A DNA stretch of 64,000 nucleotides from Flavobacteriales bacterium (lineage in GTDB: Bacteria > Bacteroidota > Bacteroidia > Flavobacteriales_F > PHOS-HE28). Where the stretch lies: positions 88,031 to 152,030 of the forward strand of contig JADJWA010000002.1 of assembly GCA_016716605.1 (NCBI GenBank). Direction: 5' to 3'. Below the pieces are notes generated by a model that was not told the origin of the DNA, ran no database searches, and worked only from the letters and a program-made list of their open reading frames with translations. The position numbers were made by a program, and so were the translations under genes. This document shows, in pieces, positions 58,474 to 64,000 of this stretch (position 1 is its first letter; the number at the start of each line of letters is the position of its first letter).

Positions 58474-59489
58474 GATGCTGCTGGTGTCGCATTGAGGCCT
58501 TGGAGCGCACCGAAGATCAGCTCCGGGTCCAGGAACTCGCCGACCCGATCGGGGCGCGAGACGTAACGCACCATGCCATCGACGTCGATGAGGAATGAAG
58601 CGGGCAACGGGATGCCTTGCTCGTAATCAACGCCCACCTCGAGCAAGGGGTTGTTGTACACCACGCCGTATTGCCCACTCACCTGCTGGTCGCTGTCACT
58701 GAGCATGCGGTAGCCCACGCCGATGCGCGCCACCATGTCGCGGTTCACGTCGATGTTGTCGGGGCCGATGGCCACCACGTGGACGCCCTTCTCGGCGAAG
58801 CGCTGCCGATTGCGCTCGTAGGTGCGCAGCATCATGTGGCAGCCGGGGCACCAATCGCCGCGCACGAAGATCAAGAGCACCGGATGCTGGCCACGGTAGG
58901 AAGAGAGCCGCACCGGGCGCCCGTCCTGATCGGGCAGCGTGAAGTCCACCGCCTCCTGCCCCACCTGCACCTTGTAGCCGAAGCGCGTGCTGCGCCGGAT
59001 GCGGAAGCCGTCCTGCACATAGCTGAAGGTGAGCCCGAGCGCGCCCACGATGGGCAGCAGCGGCGCGAGCCAGAGGTCCCAGGCGAAAGGCTGGCCACTG
59101 ACCGCAAACGCATACAGCCCTGCGGCGGCGACCGACATGCCCGAATCGAGCCAGAGCAGGTTCACATAGGTGAACTGCTGCATGAAGGCCTGCCGGGCGA
59201 TGATGGCCGTGCCCGACAGCAGCATGGCCAAGGTGAGCATGGGCCAGGTGCTGTAACGCAGGTCGAGCGCGATGCCGATGGCCAGCGCCGTGAGCAGGAT
59301 CAGCGTGAATTGGTAGTTGCTCGTGTACTTCTTAAACTCGAGCTGAACGAAGCCGTGCGCCAGCACAAGCATGCCGGCCATGAGCAGTGGTTCACCGAGC
59401 AGGAGGGGCACGGCCGAGGCCAGCAAGAGGAGCAGGGCCAGGCTCGTGAAGGGGTGTATCCGCGTGAGCACGCGCGTCATACGGCACAC
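58464..59489 (-). CDS. Membrane-anchored thioredoxin-fold redoxin (AhpC/TSA family)
   Basis: Five N-terminal TM helices fused to a redoxin domain carrying a WCPGC active site. Confidence 0.8.
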   Translation of the reverse strand: MCRMTRVLTRIHPFTSLALLLLLASAVPLLLGEPLLMAGMLVLAHGFVQLEFKKYTSNYQFTLILLTALAIGIALDLRYSTWPMLTLAMLLSGTAIIARQAFMQQFTYVNLLWLDSGMSVAAAGLYAFAVSGQPFAWDLWLAPLLPIVGALGLTFSYVQDGFRIRRSTRFGYKVQVGQEAVDFTLPDQDGRPVRLSSYRGQHPVLLIFVRGDWCPGCHMMLRTYERNRQRFAEKGVHVVAIGPDNIDVNRDMVARIGVGYRMLSDSDQQVSGQYGVVYNNPLLEVGVDYEQGIPLPASFLIDVDGMVRYVSRPDRVGEFLDPELIFGALQGLNATPAASWS

Positions 59490-59516
59490 GTGTGGGCGAT
59501 GTTGCCCGCACGCCGT

Positions 59517-60440
59517 TCAGCGGGCGCGGTACTTCGCCCAGTTTATGAGCAGCACGCCGAGCAGGATTATCACCAGCCCGCCGATCTCCATTACGCCGAT
59601 CTGCTCCTTGCCCAGCCATACGCCCAGCAGCACGGCCACCACAGGGTTCACGTAGGCATAGGTGCTCACCTGCGTGGCCGGTCGCACGCTCAACAGCCAG
59701 ACGTAGGCGCTGAAAGCGATCACGCTGCCGAAGACCACCAGGTAGGCCTCGGCGATCCAGGCATTCCGCGGCACATCGGCGAAGGAGAAACCCTCCCATT
59801 CGCCGCGCGCCACGCTCACCGCAAGGAAGCACACGGCGCCCGTGAGCATCTGCCACGCGCTGTTCGCCGTGTTCGAGAGCTTCACGGGGTTGTACTTGCT
59901 CCACACCGAGCCGCTTGGCCAGGCCAGGATGCCCAAGGCCAGCACCGCGATCGCCGTGGCCTCGGCCTCGAAACCTTGATCCGTCAGTTGCACGCTCAAC
60001 CGCTCGCGGAAGAGCAGCCACACGCCTGTGATCCCCGCTGCGATCCCGATCATGGTGGTAGGGCTTCGGAAGTTCACGCCCCACTGCGGCTTGTCGACCA
60101 GCGTGAAGGTGAGCGGCGCCACGGCGATGGCGATGGCCGCCACGCCGCTGGGCACCGTTTGCTGCGCCCATACCACGGCGCCGTTGCCCACGAAGAGCAG
60201 GAGGAAGCCCACGAGAAGCACTTTCCAAAGTCCGCTCTCCGGCACTACGCTGAAACCCTGTGCCCGGGTCATCACGAACATGATCACGCTCGCCGCCGCG
60301 AAGCGCAGGCCGCCGAGCATGAAGGGCGGGAAGCCCGTGAGCGCCTCCTTGATGCCGTAATACGTGCTGCCCCAAATGATGTAGAGGGCCGCAAAAGCAA
60401 GGATGACCTTGAGGCGGGAGGGTGCGGCAGGCACGGGCAT
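59517..60440 (-). CDS. EamA/DMT family transporter
   Basis: Ten TM helices in two EamA repeats. Start taken at the internal MPVPAAPSRLKVILAF; the ORF could extend to 60488. Confidence 0.85.
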   Translation of the reverse strand: MPVPAAPSRLKVILAFAALYIIWGSTYYGIKEALTGFPPFMLGGLRFAAASVIMFVMTRAQGFSVVPESGLWKVLLVGFLLLFVGNGAVVWAQQTVPSGVAAIAIAVAPLTFTLVDKPQWGVNFRSPTTMIGIAAGITGVWLLFRERLSVQLTDQGFEAEATAIAVLALGILAWPSGSVWSKYNPVKLSNTANSAWQMLTGAVCFLAVSVARGEWEGFSFADVPRNAWIAEAYLVVFGSVIAFSAYVWLLSVRPATQVSTYAYVNPVVAVLLGVWLGKEQIGVMEIGGLVIILLGVLLINWAKYRAR

Positions 60441-60556
60441 CCGCCTCGGCAACCAACGCTCCAGCGAACGGGCGCGAAGATGCTGCATGAAGCTGCACCG
60501 CGCATCACTTCACCTTCACCCCATGCCACTACCTTCGCCACGACCCGTTATCAGCC

Positions 60557-63019
60557 ATGGCCCGCACCAAGACCGCACCCGAAGCCGAGATCAGCTTGAG
60601 CGAATTGAAAGAGGAAGTCCTGCGCGATTACGAGCTCTGCGTGCTCAGCCGCGAGGCCTCGCTCATCGGCCGCAAGGAAGTCCTTGGAGGCAAGGCCAAG
60701 TTCGGGATCTTCGGCGATGGCAAGGAACTGGCGCAGGTGTGCATGGCCAAGCAGTTCCGCGATGGCGATTGGCGCAGCGGCTACTACCGCGACATGACCT
60801 TCATGTTCGCCATCGGGCAGCTCACCGTGCAGCAATGGTTCGCGCAGCTCTATGCGCACGCCGATGTGCAGGCCGACCCCAGCAGCGCAGGCCGCAGCAT
60901 GAACGGCCACTTCGCCACGCGCAGCCTCGACGACAACGGCGAGTGGAAGGACCTGATGGCCCAGCCGAACTCATCGCCCGATATCTCCCCCACCGGCGGA
61001 CAGATGCCGCGACTGCTCGGCCTTGCGCAGGCGAGCAAGGTGTTCCGCAACAACGAGGCGCTGCACGGCCACACGCACCTCACTGATAGAGGCAATGAGG
61101 TCGCCTTCGGCACCATCGGCGATGCCAGCACCAGCGAAGGTCACTTCTGGGAGACCATGAATGCCGCCGGCGTGCTCAGCGTGCCCTTGGCCATGAGCGT
61201 GTGGGACGATGGCTGGGGCATCAGCGTGAGCAAGGCCTACCAGACCACCAAGGGCAGCATCAGCACGCTGCTCTCCGGCTTCCAGCGCGAGCCGGGCACC
61301 AATGGCATCGAGCTCTTCAAGACCAAGGGCTGGGACTACGTGTCGCTGAACCGCACCTACGAGACGGCCATCGCCCTGTGCCGCGCCGAGCATGTGCCCG
61401 TGCTCATCCACGTGGAGGAGGTGACGCAGCCGCAGGGCCACAGCACCAGCGGCAGCCACGAGCGCTACAAGAGCAGCGTGAGCGATTGGATCCGCGACAA
61501 GGACGGCAACCGCGTGGAGGAAGTGCCCCTGCTCGATTGGTACAAGGTGTACGACTGCAACGTGAAGTTCCGCGAGTGGATCCTGAATGCGCGTCCCGGC
61601 GGCGAGCTGATCGCCAGCGTGCAGGAGCTCGAGGAACTGGAAGCCAAGGCCAAGGCCGATGCGCGCGCCGCGCAGAAAGCCGCGTGGAAAGCGTTCCAGG
61701 ACGAGATCAAGTCCGAGTTGAACGATGTGGCGTTCATGATCGAAGCGCTGGCCGGTGCGCGTTTCCCTGAGGGCTCGAACACGGCGGAGACCATCACCAA
61801 CCTGGTCAAGGAGCTTCGTTCTGAGATGAGCCCCGGTCGCAAGGAAGTGGTGAGCGCTGCCCGGCGTGCGTTGCTGCTGGCCGCCACGGCTGATCCCATC
61901 GCACGCCAGCCTCTGAAAGATTGGATCGAGAACGCGATGTCGTTGAACGGTGACCGCTACGGCTCGCACCTCTACTCCGAGAGCGCGAAGAGCTGCCTCA
62001 AGGTCCGCGAAGTGCCGGTGGAATACGCCACCGACGAACAGGTCGACGGCCGCATCATCATCCGCGACAACTTCAAGGCCCTCTTCGAGCAGGAGCCGCT
62101 GCTGCTCACCTTCGGCGAGGACACCGGCAAGATCGGCGATGTGAACCAGGGCATGGAAGGCATGCAGGGCTGGTTCGGTGAATTGCGCGTGAGCGATACC
62201 GGCATCCGCGAGGCCACCATCCTCGGCCAGGGCATCGGCATGGCGCTGCGCGGACTGCGCCCCGTGGCCGAGATCCAATACCTCGATTACCTGCTCTATT
62301 GCCTGCAAGGCATGAGCGACGACCTGGCCACCGTGCTCTGGCGCACCAAAGGCGGACAGAAGTGCCCGCTCATCGTGCGCACGCGCGGCCACCGCTTAGA
62401 AGGCGTTTGGCACAGCGGCAGCCCCATGGGCATGATCATCAACAGCCTGCGCGGCGTGGTGGTGTGCGTGCCGCGCAACATGCAGCAGGCCGCTGGCATG
62501 TACAACACCTTGCTGCAGAGCGACGACCCCGCGCTGGTGATCGAATGCCTCAACGGCTACCGCAGCAAGGAGCGCCTGCCCAGCAACCTCGGCGAGTTCA
62601 CCGTGCCCATCGGCGTGCCCGAAGTCTGGTGCGAAGGCACCGACATCACCATCGTGAGCTACGGCAGCACCTTCCATGTGGCACAGAAAGCAGCGGAGCG
62701 CCTCCACGCCCTCGGCATCGATGTGGAGATGATCGATGTGCGCACCCTCCTCCCCTTCGACCTCAACCACACGATCGTGGAGAGCCTGAAGAAGACCAAC
62801 CGCCTGCTGGTGGTGGATGAGGATGTGCCCGGCGGCGCCAGCGCGTACATCCTGCAGCAGATCCTGGAAGTGCAGGGCGGCTACCGCTACCTCGATGGCA
62901 CGCCTTCAACCCTCACCGCGAAGGCGCACCGCCCCGCCTACGGCAGCGATGGCGACTACTTCAGCAAGCCGAGCGTGGAGGATGTGGTGGAGAAGGTGGT
63001 GGGGATGCTCAGTGAGTAG
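60557..63019 (+). CDS. 2-oxoacid dehydrogenase E1 component, fused alpha/beta subunits (TPP-dependent)
   Basis: 820 aa. An N-terminal E1-alpha-like TPP-binding region and a C-terminal E1-beta transketolase-like region (LTFGEDTGKIGDV...; IVSYGSTFHVAQKAAERL). Confidence 0.9.
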   Translation: MARTKTAPEAEISLSELKEEVLRDYELCVLSREASLIGRKEVLGGKAKFGIFGDGKELAQVCMAKQFRDGDWRSGYYRDMTFMFAIGQLTVQQWFAQLYAHADVQADPSSAGRSMNGHFATRSLDDNGEWKDLMAQPNSSPDISPTGGQMPRLLGLAQASKVFRNNEALHGHTHLTDRGNEVAFGTIGDASTSEGHFWETMNAAGVLSVPLAMSVWDDGWGISVSKAYQTTKGSISTLLSGFQREPGTNGIELFKTKGWDYVSLNRTYETAIALCRAEHVPVLIHVEEVTQPQGHSTSGSHERYKSSVSDWIRDKDGNRVEEVPLLDWYKVYDCNVKFREWILNARPGGELIASVQELEELEAKAKADARAAQKAAWKAFQDEIKSELNDVAFMIEALAGARFPEGSNTAETITNLVKELRSEMSPGRKEVVSAARRALLLAATADPIARQPLKDWIENAMSLNGDRYGSHLYSESAKSCLKVREVPVEYATDEQVDGRIIIRDNFKALFEQEPLLLTFGEDTGKIGDVNQGMEGMQGWFGELRVSDTGIREATILGQGIGMALRGLRPVAEIQYLDYLLYCLQGMSDDLATVLWRTKGGQKCPLIVRTRGHRLEGVWHSGSPMGMIINSLRGVVVCVPRNMQQAAGMYNTLLQSDDPALVIECLNGYRSKERLPSNLGEFTVPIGVPEVWCEGTDITIVSYGSTFHVAQKAAERLHALGIDVEMIDVRTLLPFDLNHTIVESLKKTNRLLVVDEDVPGGASAYILQQILEVQGGYRYLDGTPSTLTAKAHRPAYGSDGDYFSKPSVEDVVEKVVGMLSE

Positions 63020-63040
63020 GGTGGCGCTTCGCGCGTAACG

Positions 63041-63149
63041 AGATCGCTTCAGCCCCGCCCCAGGCGGGGCTTCGCGATGACCGGCTTCGGGTATCAATAC
63101 CCGAAGCCGGTCATCGCGAGGCTGGCCGCCAGGCCAGCCGAAGCGATCT
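63041..63149. promoter_or_regulatory. Compound palindromic element between the E1 gene and the GIY-YIG gene (terminator / structured RNA candidate)
   Basis: Outer 10-bp arms AGATCGCTTC / GAAGCGATCT enclose three hairpins: GCCCCGCC-ccag-GCGGGGC; a perfect 22-bp stem CGCGATGACCGGCTTCGGGTAT / ATACCCGAAGCCGGTCATCGCG; and GCTGGCC-gcc-AGGCCAGC. Confidence 0.5.
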
Positions 63150-63183
63150 TGCAACCTGACGACCGTGATCAGCACCAACGAAC

Positions 63184-63462
63184 ATGACCGCCTGGGTGTA
63201 CATCATGACCAACCGCCGCGGCGGCGTGCTCTACGTGGGCGTTACCTCCGACCTCAAGGGCCGCGTGGCCAAGCACAAGAACAAGACCTACCCCAACAGC
63301 TTCTCCGCGCAGTACAATCTGGACAAGCTCGTGTACTACGAGAAGATCGATGGCATGAGCAAGGCCATTGAGCGCGAAAAGCAACTGAAGGCCGGCAACC
63401 GCGCGCGCAAGGTGAAGCTCATCGAGGGCATGAACCCGGAGTGGACTGACCTCTGCTCATAG
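63184..63462 (+). CDS. GIY-YIG nuclease superfamily small protein
   Basis: WVYIMTNRRGGVLYVGVTSDLKGRVAKHK is a GIY-YIG motif. Confidence 0.85.
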   Translation: MTAWVYIMTNRRGGVLYVGVTSDLKGRVAKHKNKTYPNSFSAQYNLDKLVYYEKIDGMSKAIEREKQLKAGNRARKVKLIEGMNPEWTDLCS

Positions 63463-63519
63463 TGACTCGCCCGCTGTGGACTCTTTTTGAGAGACCTGTT
63501 AAGGTTCCACATCGGAGGT

Positions 63520-64000
63520 TCAGTGGACAGCCGCAACACGGTAAGTCGCGAGCAGTCTTCCATACTTGTCAAGTACGGTGACGAGGAATAGCCCTGAGCT
63601 CTTGCCTGCAAGCGTTATGCTCAACGATGCGCTCTGCACGCGCCAGGACTCCAGTTCCTGGCCAAGTCCATTGTAAAGGGATACTGTTCCCTGCGATGGG
63701 AGGCTTTGCATGGCCACTGTGCCGGAACCCGCATCGATGACCAGATCGGTCGTAATCGGAGCGCGTTCCGCGAGACCAACATTGCCACATATGTTCTCGA
63801 GCAATGTGGCCGCAGGATTGGCCGTCGGCATTAGCGGGGATACCCCCCCAGCCCCTAGCGCTTCGCCCTGGACACCAAGGTACCAAGTCGGCGAAAGCGT
63901 GTTCATCACCTCGGTCGCAAGTTCGCAGTCCGCACCCATGCCCTGACCGTCCAACACGGCCATGCAGATGTCCCGCGAACCTGGGCCGGTGTCTGCAACA
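63520..64000 (-). CDS. T9SS C-terminal sorting domain protein, partial (N-terminus beyond window end)
   Basis: C-terminal Por tail GTVSLYNGLGQELESWRVQSASLSITLAGKSSGLFLVTVLDKYGRLLATYRVAAVH. The ORF is open to the window end. Confidence 0.6.
   Translation of the reverse strand, partial: VADTGPGSRDICMAVLDGQGMGADCELATEVMNTLSPTWYLGVQGEALGAGGVSPLMPTANPAATLLENICGNVGLAERAPITTDLVIDAGSGTVAMQSLPSQGTVSLYNGLGQELESWRVQSASLSITLAGKSSGLFLVTVLDKYGRLLATYRVAAVH

Noticed and set aside
1-64000. Search for CRISPR arrays, rRNA/tRNA genes, transposases, integrases and phage structural genes
   Set aside because: No regularly spaced short direct repeats, no tRNA cloverleaf candidates and no recognisable recombinase or transposase motifs were found. 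The accessory features here appear to be non-autonomous (repeats, TA pair, displaced gene).

Overview
High-GC (about 65-70 percent) bacterial chromosomal segment, almost certainly Bacteroidota-like. At least six proteins end in Por/T9SS C-terminal sorting domains, and there are many signal-peptide and lipoprotein genes. Coding density is high, with about 60 CDS. No rRNA, tRNA, CRISPR array, transposase or integrase was seen. Recognisable housekeeping and accessory genes include djlA, a feoA-feoB-small Cys-rich protein iron-uptake operon, an RRM RNA-binding protein, an HMA metallochaperone, a trypsin-like protease, a tandem UspA, a flavodoxin-like quinone reductase, a Na/Pi cotransporter, an OmpA protein, a GNAT, a cupin, a HepT/MntA toxin-antitoxin pair, a 1878-aa alpha-2-macroglobulin with an intact CLEQ thioester, a 1349-aa hybrid sensor kinase/response regulator/AraC regulator, miaA, a PAS-PP2C phosphatase, a membrane redoxin, an EamA transporter, a fused alpha/beta 2-oxoacid dehydrogenase E1 and a GIY-YIG protein. 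Most interesting is a 777-aa membrane-anchored P-loop (STAND/NACHT-like) NTPase fused to cysteine-containing leucine-rich repeats at 4275-6608, a candidate NLR-like sensor/defence protein. It sits immediately downstream of a single-pass membrane protein gene, and its own 3' side is followed by a decayed 3' remnant of a paralog of that upstream gene. Two previously unannotated intergenic repeat families were also seen: a roughly 140-nt element in four same-orientation copies, two of which flank a small 2-TM protein gene, and a CCGCAGGGTCCC/GGGACCCTGCGG palindromic REP-like family in at least six copies. All functional calls rest on motif recognition by eye; no database search was run.
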